Counted from the stretch's first letter, positions 1-10,437 are shown. The stretch is 64,000 nucleotides of DNA from Candidatus Forterrea multitransposorum CG_2015-17_Forterrea_25_41 (GCA_009392915.1 CP045477.1:512001-576000), one strand, 5' to 3'. Numbers and translations are program-made. The notes: a model not told the origin generated them from the sequence alone.

Positions 1-183
1 CTATTGAAAATAAAGATAAAAAGAAAAGTGATATAAAAAGATATTTTTTACTTTTATTTATAGCTTTTTTCATAAAACATCAAAATTAATATTTGTAGTT
101 AAAGAATATTCTATGAAAATATTTATATTTGTTTTTAAATTGAATTTTTTAAAGAAATAATTATTTTATCAAAATATAAAATA

Positions 184-528
184 CTAAATTAATAATAAAC
201 AACTAATCCAGTCTAACCATAAATGTAATAATACACCTAAAGAAAAATATCTTATAAACTTATTATTTTGTAATAAGCCTAATACCCAAAGAGGCATAGT
301 ATACCAACTATGTAATGGATGAAAATTTATTGAGCATCTGGTAGGATCATATATTGGAGTAGCTAACAAATGATCTATATCAATTAAATTTGAACCAAAA
401 ACTGATAAACAAAGATATAAGAAAGATTTTTTATCCTCTAAAAACCATTTTTTAACTTCTTTATCAAACAAATATATAATAGCAATTAATAATATATTTG
501 AAACTATATGAATTTCTGTTGTAGGCAT
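184..528 (-). CDS. hypothetical membrane protein; weak resemblance to YdjM/DUF457-type membrane-bound metal-dependent hydrolase (DIDH, HS motifs)
   Basis: ORF of 114 aa, hydrophobic segments, His-rich short motifs; no strong family assignment. Confidence 0.3.
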   Translation of the reverse strand: MPTTEIHIVSNILLIAIIYLFDKEVKKWFLEDKKSFLYLCLSVFGSNLIDIDHLLATPIYDPTRCSINFHPLHSWYTMPLWVLGLLQNNKFIRYFSLGVLLHLWLDWISCLLLI

Positions 529-608
529 AAAAATTAATCCTAGTTTTTATTTTTTGAAAAATTAGATGAATGCTTGACCATCGCTCTTCAACTAAGTAAA
601 GAGTTGAG

Positions 609-681
609 TGCCTCGAGCCAGATTTGAACTGGCGGTCTCCAGATTATGAGTCTGGCGCTTTAACCACTAAGCCACCGAGGC
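609..681 (-). tRNA. tRNA with anticodon CAT (elongator tRNA-Met or tRNA-Ile2)
   Basis: Manual cloverleaf fold on reverse complement: 7-bp acceptor (one G-U), D arm gctt/aagc, anticodon stem ccaga/tctgg with loop ctCATaa, T arm gccag-ttcaaat-ctggc, discriminator A; GC-rich island in AT-rich DNA. Confidence 0.8.
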
Positions 682-770
682 AAAATATTTTTTAAAAAAT
701 AATGATTTTTTTTAAAAAAAGACTTATTTTATTAATATATAATTATGAAACATATAGTTTATATATATTT

Positions 771-1469
771 TTATTTTTGTGCAGAAACCCTATAAACAAG
801 CATTCTCTTAGAATTAAAAGACTGCATATAAAAAGATCTGTAATTAATAGGAATATTTTTAGTTTCAACTAAAGATACATTTACTTTTTTAAAATTATTT
901 GAAAAAGCAGAATTAATATTTTCTAAATATTTATCCTTTGATATAAGTTCAGCTTCTCTAAAAGTATAAACAATTACTTTTCCTCCAGGTTTTAATTTTT
1001 TAGAAATTAAGTCAACTACCTTTTGAGTATATTTTTTAGAGCCTAGGTTTACAATTGAAAAAACATTAAAAAATTGTATAAAATTTAGAACTTTTAAATT
1101 ATTAAAATTTTTAGCTCTTGAATAAAAACCTAAAGCAAAATCACTTACAACAAGATCTAAAGAATTATTTTTAAATCTTGAAAGACCATTAACAAAATCT
1201 TCTTTATATTGTTCTAAGTTTTTAGGAACTGGTTTAAATTGTCTTTTTTCTTTTAAACCAAAATTTTTAAATCTCATTGATTCATGAACATAAGATTCAC
1301 TTTTTATATCTTTTAAATCAATTCCAAAAAACATAAATTCAGGAAACTTTTCAGCTAAAACTTTAGATCTAAATGCAGCATCTTCTCCTACATTTCCTAA
1401 ATGTACAATTTTTCTTTTTGGAGAAGCTTTATTTTTTACAAATAAATTAGAACTTTTTTTTAACACCAT
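771..1469 (-). CDS. putative Rossmann-fold SAM-dependent methyltransferase-like protein (degenerate motif I)
   Basis: 232 aa ORF; hLGNVGEDAAF motif I-like, LDLVVSDFA motif IV-like, LKPGGKVIVYT post-motif; assignment tentative. Confidence 0.4.
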   Translation of the reverse strand: MVLKKSSNLFVKNKASPKRKIVHLGNVGEDAAFRSKVLAEKFPEFMFFGIDLKDIKSESYVHESMRFKNFGLKEKRQFKPVPKNLEQYKEDFVNGLSRFKNNSLDLVVSDFALGFYSRAKNFNNLKVLNFIQFFNVFSIVNLGSKKYTQKVVDLISKKLKPGGKVIVYTFREAELISKDKYLENINSAFSNNFKKVNVSLVETKNIPINYRSFYMQSFNSKRMLVYRVSAQK

Positions 1470-1482
1470 ATAAAGCTACCAA

Positions 1483-2154
1483 TTAATTTTCTCTTCTTCT
1501 TACAGAAACAGAATCTTTTTCAGGATCATAAATAATAACAGTATCTAAAAGACCTAAAAAAACACCAGTTTCTAAAACACCAGGAATATTTCTTACAGAA
1601 TATTCAAAATCATCTAAAGTAATATTTTTATCTAATTTTATTTTTGCAAGAAAATGACCAATCTCAGTTTTTATAAATTCAGAATTAGAATCATAAAGAA
1701 CTTGAGCAACACCAAAACTTTGCAGGTGAATAATTGTTCTTTGCCATGCAAAAGTTGAAATTTCAACACAGACTTCAGAATTAATTTCAGGAACATATTT
1801 TTTAGTATTTGTTAAAACAACAAGTTTTAAAGCAGATTGAGAAACCATCTTATCTCTAATAAAAGAATTTGTTTTAATCTTTATAAAATTATTATAATAA
1901 TCAACTTGATCTCCAAGCTCTAAAGCAACATCAATCTCTTTATCATTTAAAGAAACAATATTTTGTTTTAAAAAAGTTAAATGTTTTGACTGCTTAGCAT
2001 TTACAGCTACAAAATAAACTACTTTGTTTTCTTTTTCTAAATATTCTACAACTAAAGAAATAAATTCTAAGTCTTTTGAAAAAGGTGCAATAGCTATTGT
2101 GTTTTTATTATTTATTTCTTTAATAAATTCCTGAACAATTAATGATAGATTCAT
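1483..2154 (-). CDS. ribose-5-phosphate isomerase A-like protein (divergent; glycine-rich motifs degenerate)
   Basis: C-terminal GVLETGVFLGLLDTVII matches RpiA GVVExGLF signature; central ID-A-LGDQVD block aligns with RpiA DGADE region, but N-terminal GxGxGST and KGGGG motifs are not conserved. Confidence 0.5.
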   Translation of the reverse strand: MNLSLIVQEFIKEINNKNTIAIAPFSKDLEFISLVVEYLEKENKVVYFVAVNAKQSKHLTFLKQNIVSLNDKEIDVALELGDQVDYYNNFIKIKTNSFIRDKMVSQSALKLVVLTNTKKYVPEINSEVCVEISTFAWQRTIIHLQSFGVAQVLYDSNSEFIKTEIGHFLAKIKLDKNITLDDFEYSVRNIPGVLETGVFLGLLDTVIIYDPEKDSVSVRRREN

Positions 2155-2226
2155 AACTAATGATTTATTGTTTGAAAAGTATTAAAAAGTTATGTTTTAA
2201 AAACAGAAGCACCTAAATATATATTA

Positions 2227-2288
2227 GGCGATGATGATATTGAACACCTGCTGATTAAAATATGATGATAGATGGGCGGGCTGAGCCT
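2227..2288 (+). ncRNA. C/D box sRNA (archaeal 2'-O-methylation guide)
   Basis: Canonical arrangement: terminal stem ggc/gcc, C box atgatga 2231-2237, 13-nt guide, D' ctga 2251-2254, 7-nt loop, C' atgatga 2262-2268, 12-nt guide, D ctga 2281-2284; intergenic. Confidence 0.7.
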
Positions 2289-2530
2289 TATAAATCTTTT
2301 TTAGGTTTTAAGACTACTTTTTCTTTAATAACAAAATCTTTCTTATTTTCTTCTAAAAAAGATATTCTTTTATTTAAAACTTCAATTTTTGAATTTAAGA
2401 TATCAAATTTAGCATCATTTGATGAAAAATTAAAAATTCTATTTTTTCTTACAATTACATAAGATAGTAAAAGATTTCCTATAAAAAAAATAATTATAAA
2501 AATTATTAAAATAACTGTTAAAGCATCCAT
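2288..2530 (-). CDS. hypothetical small membrane-anchored protein
   Basis: 80 aa ORF with N-terminal hydrophobic helix followed by charged coiled segment. Confidence 0.35.
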   Translation of the reverse strand: MDALTVILIIFIIIFFIGNLLLSYVIVRKNRIFNFSSNDAKFDILNSKIEVLNKRISFLEENKKDFVIKEKVVLKPKKDL

Positions 2531-2553
2531 ATCAAACTAACCTCTTTTTTATT

Positions 2554-3312
2554 CTAAACAAAAACATAATTTCCTTTTCTTTTTTCAATTATTAAACCTT
2601 CATCTTTTAAAATTTCAATAACAACTTTTAAAACTTCTTTAGAATAATTTAGTTTTAAAGAAAGAAAATCAAGAGAAAAGTTTTCTTTTAAATTAAGATT
2701 AAATAAATTATTTTTAATTTCTATAAATAAATATTTATAAATAACATAATAGTTACCATCAAAAGATTTAATACCAATAACTTCTTTAGACTTAATTAAT
2801 TCTTCAAAATCAAGAGAAAACTTTTTTGCAAGATTAACATCTTTTAAAATAATATATTTATTTGTTTGAAAATCTGAAAATTCAGAATTTTTAGAATCAT
2901 TAAAATCTTTTTTAAAATTCATCTCTTTATAGTTTGAAGGTTGATAAACCCCTTTCTTGTATTTAGAAGACATTTTATATATTTCAATTTCATTATTTTT
3001 AAGCATATCCTTAAAAATCAATAAATCTTCTTTATTTAAGAGTTTTTCAAAAGAACCTTCAACTTTATCTTGGAAAGTTAAAGATTTATCATTTAATAGA
3101 TTTAATATTTTTTTCTTTCTTAAATCAACAGAATCAACTTCTTTAACAGAACCCTCTTCTTTTTTAGAAAGTGATTCTTTTAAAGAAATTTTTAAAAAAG
3201 AACCTTCTTTTTCTAAAATCAAAGGTTTACCTATAAATACCTCTAAATCATTAGATTCTTCTTTAGAATCAACATTTAAAAAATAAACTTGATTTTTTTT
3301 AACAATTTTCAT
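2554..3312 (-). CDS. hypothetical protein, possible C-terminal winged-helix domain
   Basis: 252 aa ORF, K/E-rich, translationally coupled to downstream genes. Confidence 0.45.
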   Translation of the reverse strand: MKIVKKNQVYFLNVDSKEESNDLEVFIGKPLILEKEGSFLKISLKESLSKKEEGSVKEVDSVDLRKKKILNLLNDKSLTFQDKVEGSFEKLLNKEDLLIFKDMLKNNEIEIYKMSSKYKKGVYQPSNYKEMNFKKDFNDSKNSEFSDFQTNKYIILKDVNLAKKFSLDFEELIKSKEVIGIKSFDGNYYVIYKYLFIEIKNNLFNLNLKENFSLDFLSLKLNYSKEVLKVVIEILKDEGLIIEKRKGNYVFV

Positions 3313-3977
3313 AAATTATCAATATATTCATTAATTTCTTCAAAAGAAACTGAACATCCTTTAAACTTTAGAGCGTATAAAGCACCTTTTAAATTATTTT
3401 TATCTTTAAAAACAGATGCTAATAAGCCTTTTCTGTAAGCATATACTAAAAAATCTACAGATCTTATAACATTAACATTACCAATAATCTCCATAAACTT
3501 AATATATTTTTGTTCATCAATTGAAACTTTACTAGTTTTATATTTTCTTTTAAAAATTTCTAAAAGAGCATGAGGTTGTTCAATAATCATCCTTGTAGTT
3601 CTTTCATCAACTGCTAAATAAGAAGCATCTGTAAGTCCTAAAAGAGCTAAAGATTCAGCTTCTCCAATTTGAATAATTTTTATTGGATTACCTCTAACAT
3701 AAAACATATTATTTGTAAGATACATTATTTTATTTGTAGTTTCATCTAAAGCCTTATCACTTTGGTAAACATCAAAAATATGTGATGAAATTTCTTCTTC
3801 AATTCTTGTAGAACTAAGTTTAAATCTCATAACATTTCTAACTTTATCAATACATTCAAACTTAACATTTTTAGTAATTATAAAATTTCCAAGATTTTCT
3901 TTTAAATCTTTAAATAAAGGAATAAAACAGGTTTCTGAAAAACTAATAATTACACCAGAATCAAATACTATTTTCAT
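3309..3977 (-). CDS. PIN-domain-like protein
   Basis: N-terminal FDSGVIIS (Asp box), central GEAESLALLGLTDASYLAVDE typical of PIN nuclease acidic core; 222 aa. Confidence 0.5.
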   Translation of the reverse strand: MKIVFDSGVIISFSETCFIPLFKDLKENLGNFIITKNVKFECIDKVRNVMRFKLSSTRIEEEISSHIFDVYQSDKALDETTNKIMYLTNNMFYVRGNPIKIIQIGEAESLALLGLTDASYLAVDERTTRMIIEQPHALLEIFKRKYKTSKVSIDEQKYIKFMEIIGNVNVIRSVDFLVYAYRKGLLASVFKDKNNLKGALYALKFKGCSVSFEEINEYIDNL

Positions 3978-4561
3978 TGTTTATCACCTTTATCTTTTTC
4001 AGCCATTACTTCTAAGAGATGTACTCTCTCATTTATACTTTTAAATTGTTTATCTTCATCTGGCATTTTTGTAATTCCAACATAAGACATTAATTGTTCT
4101 TTTGTAATTGATAAAAGATCAGAAGACTGAGATGCTGATAAACCATAAGCATATGCAGTTGATGCAAGTTTTACTCTTCCATCATCAATAACAACACTAA
4201 CATATCTTCCAAGCTCATGATCTGCTTTTTTTATAAGTTCTATAATATTTTTAATATAATTATTAAATTTACTTGGATCTTCTTCTCTATATACATTTAA
4301 AGCAGAATTTAAGTTTTCAACAATTGATATTTTATAATTTGCCCAAGAATTTGTTTGTGAGATGTGTTTTTTAGAGATTAATTTTCTTAAACCATAAAGC
4401 ATAACACAAATTTCTGAATAATCTTTATTAAAATTAACAATTGCTTGTTCTAAAGTATTATTCTCTATTAAATGTAAAGATTCATAATCATTTCTTTCAA
4501 GAAAAACAATTGCTGATTTAATAATATCAGTTATTTTTAAGTTTTCAATATTTTCTTCCAT
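3974..4561 (-). CDS. hypothetical protein
   Basis: 195 aa ORF overlapping start/stop with PIN-like gene (operon). Confidence 0.45.
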   Translation of the reverse strand: MEENIENLKITDIIKSAIVFLERNDYESLHLIENNTLEQAIVNFNKDYSEICVMLYGLRKLISKKHISQTNSWANYKISIVENLNSALNVYREEDPSKFNNYIKNIIELIKKADHELGRYVSVVIDDGRVKLASTAYAYGLSASQSSDLLSITKEQLMSYVGITKMPDEDKQFKSINERVHLLEVMAEKDKGDKQ

Positions 4562-4667
4562 CTTCTATCAACTCATTTTACATATTTCTTAAGATATATG
4601 TATAAATATATAAAACAAAACATATTTATATTATTTTATATATAGATAATATTGGGTAGAATAACAT

Positions 4668-5150
4668 ATGAGTCTTTATAAAGAAAATAAATTTGATTTT
4701 TTAAAAAATAAATATATATGGATAGTTATAGGTGCTATACTTGTTTTAGCTATATTAGGTTATCTTTTAACAATGGTTAACTGGCAAGGAATGTTTGAAA
4801 AAGATAACATAAAAGTTAAATTTCAAAATAATCCTTTAGTTGTTTCAGAAAAAGACAATACTTTAATTGAGATAACTTTAATTAACAATACAGAAAAAGA
4901 TTTAGATAACTTAGAAGTAACTATTAAAGATGTTGAAAATAACTTTGAAATATTTTGTCCAGATTCACAAGAAGACAAAACAAAAGTTATAATTCCAAAA
5001 ATGGCAAGTGGTAATGAAAGAATAATAACTTGTAATGTAAGATATGACCCTACAAAAGATTTTTTTGAAGGAACATATAGTTTTGATATAGAATATTCAA
5101 TTGAAGATTATATTTATACGAAAAGAGCAGACTTAACAGTTGAAAGGTGA
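4668..5150 (+). CDS. hypothetical membrane-anchored extracytoplasmic protein
   Basis: 160 aa, N-terminal TM helix then Cys-containing domain. Confidence 0.5.
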   Translation: MSLYKENKFDFLKNKYIWIVIGAILVLAILGYLLTMVNWQGMFEKDNIKVKFQNNPLVVSEKDNTLIEITLINNTEKDLDNLEVTIKDVENNFEIFCPDSQEDKTKVIIPKMASGNERIITCNVRYDPTKDFFEGTYSFDIEYSIEDYIYTKRADLTVER

Positions 5151-5157
5151 AAGATAA

Positions 5158-5901
5158 ATGATCAGTAGTTTATGGAAAGGATTTAATTTTTTTAAAAAGA
5201 AAGAATTTTTTAAAATATTTATAGCATTTGTTTTATATGGAATTTCAATTTTTTTTTTAATAGATTATATTAATAATATAATAGATAGAATTGATTTAGT
5301 GTATGTTACAACCATAAACTACCCTCAATTAATAATTAACACCTTAGGTTTTGAAATTATACTTATCTTAGGTTCAATTTTTATAATTCTACTAACATAT
5401 GTTTTACTTTCAATAACAATTGCAAATACAGAAAGTAAAAAGAAAATTAATTTTTTTGAAAGATTAAGATTAAGTTTTAGATATTCATTATTATTTTTCT
5501 TAATATTTTTAGCATTTATTATATTGTTTGCTATTTTAGGAAGCATAATTAATATATTTACAATAATATTAATGATTCTATTATTATTTTCATTAATAAT
5601 GGTTATATTTATGTTTTATATTGGGAATATGTTTATTGGAATATATAATATAGATATTAAAGATGCTTTAGAAAAATCAAAAGACTTTTTTAAGAAAAGA
5701 TTTTGGAGAACTATTGCTATTTTGATATTAATATATTTAGTAAATGAATTAATTTTTATTGTTTTAGACTTTTTATATTTTAATATTTTTATATATAACA
5801 CAATAGCTGCAATAATTACAATACAGATAACCTTTTTTATAGGTACTATATATGTATTAAATGCTTTAGCTATATATGTAAAATCTCAAAAATTTATATA
5901 G
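5158..5901 (+). CDS. hypothetical polytopic membrane protein
   Basis: 247 aa, about 6 hydrophobic helices. Confidence 0.5.
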   Translation: MISSLWKGFNFFKKKEFFKIFIAFVLYGISIFFLIDYINNIIDRIDLVYVTTINYPQLIINTLGFEIILILGSIFIILLTYVLLSITIANTESKKKINFFERLRLSFRYSLLFFLIFLAFIILFAILGSIINIFTIILMILLLFSLIMVIFMFYIGNMFIGIYNIDIKDALEKSKDFFKKRFWRTIAILILIYLVNELIFIVLDFLYFNIFIYNTIAAIITIQITFFIGTIYVLNALAIYVKSQKFI

Positions 5902-6279
5902 ATGGTTTATTAATATGATTTTTAAAAAAATTTTTAAAAGAAATAATAAACCAAAAATTAATTTTGCAAGCTATCCTAAAAAAAAGTTAATAAAAAGTAT
6001 ATTGATTCCTTTTGGGAAAAATACTTTGATGGAACTTTAAAAAGATCTATCAATAAAAGAATAGATAATAATACAATATCTAGTTATAATCCTAATGTTA
6101 AAATATTCCCTCTTTCTCCTACAGTTGCTGTTACTATTAGAAAAATTCATAATGGAAAAAGATATCTTGAATTAAATGAATATTTTAAAAATAAACTTAA
6201 GAATAAAAAACTAAAATATTCAGAAATTGTAATTTCAGATATTATTGATTATAAAATAAAAGGAAGAGATTACTTTTTA

Positions 6280-6597
6280 ATGGAAAGAATAATTCCAGGA
6301 GCATCTGTAGCAGATGTATTAAATTATAAACTGTATAATAGAACAGCATTCTTAAATAGATTTAATGATTCATTTTTAAAAATAGTTCAGAAAATGGAAA
6401 AAAAAACTTTAGATAAAATGTATATTAATTTAGAAAAAGCAGTAAAAGAACTAAAAATAACTATTAGGAAAAATGAAAAAGAACATAAAATAGATAATTC
6501 TAAAGGAAATATTATAATTATAGACTATAATCCAAATAATGGAAAATTTAAACTAGGATTAATTGACCTTGATAGCTATTTTACATTTAGTTTTTAA
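6280..6597 (+). CDS. hypothetical protein with kinase-like hinge/catalytic-loop motifs; reading frame is open upstream to 5980 with no ATG, likely joined to 5915-6037 ORF across an A8 tract
   Basis: ERIIPGASVADV, IIIDYNPNNGKFKLGLIDLD resemble atypical protein kinase (Bud32/RIO-like) motifs; upstream frame analysis done by hand. Confidence 0.35.
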   Translation: MERIIPGASVADVLNYKLYNRTAFLNRFNDSFLKIVQKMEKKTLDKMYINLEKAVKELKITIRKNEKEHKIDNSKGNIIIIDYNPNNGKFKLGLIDLDSYFTFSF

Positions 6598-6660
6598 ACA
6601 TATTATAAAAAAAAGAGCGATGCCTATATTTTACTAATTCTTTTAAAAAAAAAGTTAAAA

Positions 6661-6678
6661 AAGTAGGAAATAATGCCT
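6661..6678. repeat. 3' half of 23S rRNA processing stem (inverted repeat partner at 9749-9766)
   Basis: aagtaggaaataatgcct is the exact reverse complement of aggcattatttcctactt at 9749-9766; flanks the 23S gene as archaeal bulge-helix-bulge processing stems do. Confidence 0.7.
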
Positions 6679-6721
6679 TTTTATAGCAAAGAGCAAGATG
6701 TTTTATTTAGTTAAAAAAAAT

Positions 6722-9700
6722 CTTAAACTTTACTCGAACCATTAGTATTAGAGAGCTTAAATACTCGCCCGAAGGCTTGCATCGTATACTCCTAACCTAT
6801 CAAACCGGTCTTCTTCCGGAGTTCTCGTCTCGCATTTCTGCGAAAATGGCTGTCTCGTTTTAGGGTTCGCTTCGTGCTTAGATGCTTTCAGCACTTATCG
6901 AATACAGCGTAGCTACTGGGCATTGCCTTGTCAGACAACCCACACACCAGAGACTGCGACCCATCGTTCCTCTCGTACTAAACGGATCTTACCTTCAAAC
7001 AACCAACACAACCAATAGATAGGAACCAAACTGTCTCGCAACGTTCTTAACCCAGCTAATGTACGGCTTTAATGAGTGAACACCTCCACCCTTGGCTGCT
7101 TGTGCACAGCCAGGATGCCGTAAGCCGACAGCGAGGTAGCAAACCGCGGGGTCGATGTGAACTCTCACCCGCGACAACCCAGTTACCCCCAGGGTAAGTT
7201 CACTGTCAGACTAGGCCCCCATAAATAGGGACACTAGCGTTCGCTAGACCCAAGTTTCCTTCCAACGTTCCGTGCTTTTAAGAACATTGTTAAGCCTGCT
7301 TTTGGTCTTGTCCTCTACGGCTGATTTCTGACCAGCCTGAGCAGACCTTTGGACGCCCCTGATATCTTTTCAGGGGCGTACCGCCCCAGTCCAACCACCC
7401 GATCAAGTGATGTCCGTCATATAGACGTAAGTTGTATTTTTCCTACTAGATGGTGTTACATTGGCGTCTGACTACTTCCTAGCGAAAGCAGCTAAAGCGA
7501 CTCCCATCTACGCTCTATAGTAAAAACAATACAACAACACCAGACTGTGGTAAACCTCCGTGGGGTCTTATCCTCCCATTGGTTGTCCGTGGCTTATTCA
7601 CCACGCTAAGCAAGTTCACTAAGTTAAAGTTAGGGACAGTGACGATCTCGTTACTTCCTTGGTGCAAGCCGACATTTAATCGGCAAGGTATTACGCTACC
7701 ATGAGAGCCTCAGAGTTAGGCCCGCTCTTTACCAGCGCTTAGACCAGTTGGACCTGGCGTTCACGTACTAGCAGTGAGCAGAAGTCAGTGACTATACACA
7801 CCGTTTCCGGCTAGCAGTCACCTGTGTTTTTGATAAACAGTCGGACCATCTTTGTAATTAAAACTTACAGTTTACTCAACCGTAAGCACCCCTTCTACCT
7901 AAGATACAGGGCTAATTTGCCGAATTCCCTTAACTTTATTCTCTTATTACGCTTTGGCCTATTCAGCCAGGGACACCTTTCTCAGTTCTGGGTACGAACA
8001 ACAATACACTTTATAGTTTCTTTTTCATGGACCCTTGGCCTTGATAAAAGATTTCTCCCATTCACCTCTTTAATCTCCATCTCATTATTATAATTCTCCG
8101 GAGATCTATAAGGTTTAGATATGCAGACAAGCATACTCCACCTTGCCAAAAGTGTTAGAAACTATACTTGCGTTACCACACGTGCATTATCGGTACAGGA
8201 ATATGAACCTGTTTCCCTTTCGTCATTCTTCGAGTTACGAAGAGACTTAGGATCGACTTACCCTTAGCTAAAGATTAGTGCTAAGGAACCCTTGCCCTTT
8301 CAGCGGAAATGATTCTCACATTTCTTTGATGTTACTATCGCGAGGATCCATATCTTTGACAGATCCAGTGGACGTTACCCCCCACCTTCTGCTCTATCAA
8401 AGCACCTACCTACCAGATCACATATTGCATGTGCTCTATGATATCGGCGACAAACTTAGCCCCGTTAATTTTCAAGGCAATCGTCCTAGATTGGTGAGCT
8501 ATTACGCACTCTTTAAAGGATGGCTGCTTCTAAGCCAACCTCCCAATTGTCTTAGGAAAACTACTCTTTTCGAATTTACACTTAGTTTGTACTTAAGGGC
8601 CTTAATCATAGTCTGGGTTTTTTCCCTTTTGGAACAGAGGCTTACCCCCCGCCCCCTACTCTGGACTTCTTAGAAAATAACAGATTCGGAGTTTAACAAG
8701 AAAGGTGGAAATTTCTTCCCAGTACTTTCTAATCAGTAGCTCTACCCCGTTATTCTTCTCCATCCATGCTAACCTCAGAGTTATTTCGATAGGAGCCCGC
8801 TATCACCAGGTTCGATAACCTTATCAGTCCTACTCCCAAGTCATACGAACAGTTAGACTAGTACCGCTTATGACCTCCACCAACCAGGCGGTTGGTTTCA
8901 TCAAGCTCAGGAGTTTATCACCTGGTTTCGGGTCTAGTTTATGTGACTTAAGGCACAGTTAATACCTTTAGCCCTCAGAATCTTGCGGCACATCGGTTTC
9001 CCTACGACACAACGACTTAATCGCTTAGTCTTGCCACACAAACTAACTCCCTCGCCCGTGCTTCGTGACGGACAGTGTGACCCTGATCAAGTAATTTGCG
9101 CTTTAAAAGTTACCTTTTATCACTTATAAATTACTCTCATTCCTTTCAAGCCACACCCGCGCTGTCACCAATTAGTTTCAAGTGCTTTTTACTCCCCGTC
9201 AAGGGATCTTTTCAACATTCCTTCGCAGTACTCGTTCACTATCGGTCTTGTGTTATATTTAGAATTAGCTGTAAATGCCAGCTATTTTCTTACGCGATAT
9301 CCAACGCGCAATACTCTAGGACATCGGAAATCTTCTCAGATATCTTCTGCTTACGGGACTATCACCCTCTATGGTAGATCTTTCCAGATCGCTTCAACTT
9401 AAATATATAAGAAGTAACCAAGCCATACCCCACATGTCTCTTATATTACTATAAGAGATTCGGTTTGTTCTCTTCTGCTTTCGATCAACTCTATTTACAG
9501 AATCACTATTGTTTTCTTTTCCTCCAGGTACTAAGATGCTTCAATTCCCTGGGTTACCCCTTCACCTTATTTTCATAAAGTGAATAATTCAGAAATCTTG
9601 GGATCAAAGGTTGCATGCACCTACCCCAAGCTTATCGCAGCTTGCCACGTCCTTCATCAGTACACAAGCCAAGTTATCCACTAATTGGTTTAGCTAAAAT
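6722..9700 (-). rRNA. rrl: 23S (large subunit) ribosomal RNA
   Basis: Reverse complement contains conserved LSU motifs, e.g. 5' region GGCTTGTGTACTGATGAAGGACGTGGCAAGCTGCGATAAGC and 3' region GCTGAAAGCATCTAAGCACGAAGC; about 3.0 kb, GC-enriched vs flanks; ends approximate. Confidence 0.9.
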
Positions 9701-9748
9701 TTAAGAATCATTTTTTTTTAACCAAATAAACTTGCTTTTGTTATTATT

Positions 9749-9766
9749 AGGCATTATTTCCTACTT
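9749..9766. repeat. 5' half of 23S rRNA processing stem
   Basis: Perfect 18-bp inverted repeat with 6661-6678; imperfect extension about 12 bp further. Confidence 0.7.
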
Positions 9767-10068
9767 CTTTCATTCCGTAAAATTTGTTAAGTATTAAACG
9801 GTCTAACTCACTAAGAAAAAACTCCTAGTGGGTAATATAATCTTTAGAAGAGCAAAGCTTTTAAAGGTATTGTTTTTTTCCTAAGTGATTTTTTAAAATT
9901 AAAAAAAAGAAGGTTAAATTAAACTTTATTTAGAGTAAAAAACAATTAAAATTACTTAATTTTAGTTTGAACGGTTTTAAAAGGTTTTTTAATACAACTT
10001 AACTTATAAAAACACTTAGATGAATTTTTTAAAAAATTAAGATTTTAAAAAAATATTAATACATAAAA

Positions 10069-10437
10069 TTATTTTGCAGAAACTAATTCACATTTTGTAG
10101 AAATTACTACTTGATGAGAGATATTTTTTTCAATATAACTTTTACATTGGTTTTTAGGATTATTATCAACAATACTTATTTTTGGTTGATTAACCACATC
10201 ACAAGCCCAACCTTTAACAATTTCTTCTGAAAGACAAGGTCCTTCTGTTAAAATTATTCCTTTAGTGTTTGCCTGAAGACATTCTTGAATACAATTATCT
10301 ATTGCAAGATCTTTATTTTCCATAAAAGAAGAGGGTTTATTAAAAATAACATTTAAAACACCAGCTACAAGTATTAATAAAAAAACTATAATATACACTG
10401 AAAATGGAATCTTTGCTTTTAGAAAATTAATTTTCAA
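10069..10437 (-). CDS. hypothetical Cys-rich membrane-anchored protein
   Basis: 122 aa, N-terminal TM, 8 Cys in ectodomain. Confidence 0.45.
   Translation of the reverse strand: MKINFLKAKIPFSVYIIVFLLILVAGVLNVIFNKPSSFMENKDLAIDNCIQECLQANTKGIILTEGPCLSEEIVKGWACDVVNQPKISIVDNNPKNQCKSYIEKNISHQVVISTKCELVSAK

Noticed and set aside
2262-2462. 66-aa plus-strand ORF
   Set aside because: Overlaps the C/D box sRNA and is antisense to the 80-aa minus-strand ORF; low-complexity; likely spurious.
7071-7090. C/D sRNA D' guide pairing to 23S as a firm target assignment
   Set aside because: Only 9 contiguous base pairs; typical guides form 10-12 bp. Kept as a hint in the finding, not as a feature.
6995-9377. 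Five small ORFs in the track (6995-7177, 7824-8093, 8278-8673, 9096-9377 and similar)
   Set aside because: They lie entirely inside the 23S rRNA gene on either strand; they are spurious translations of rRNA.
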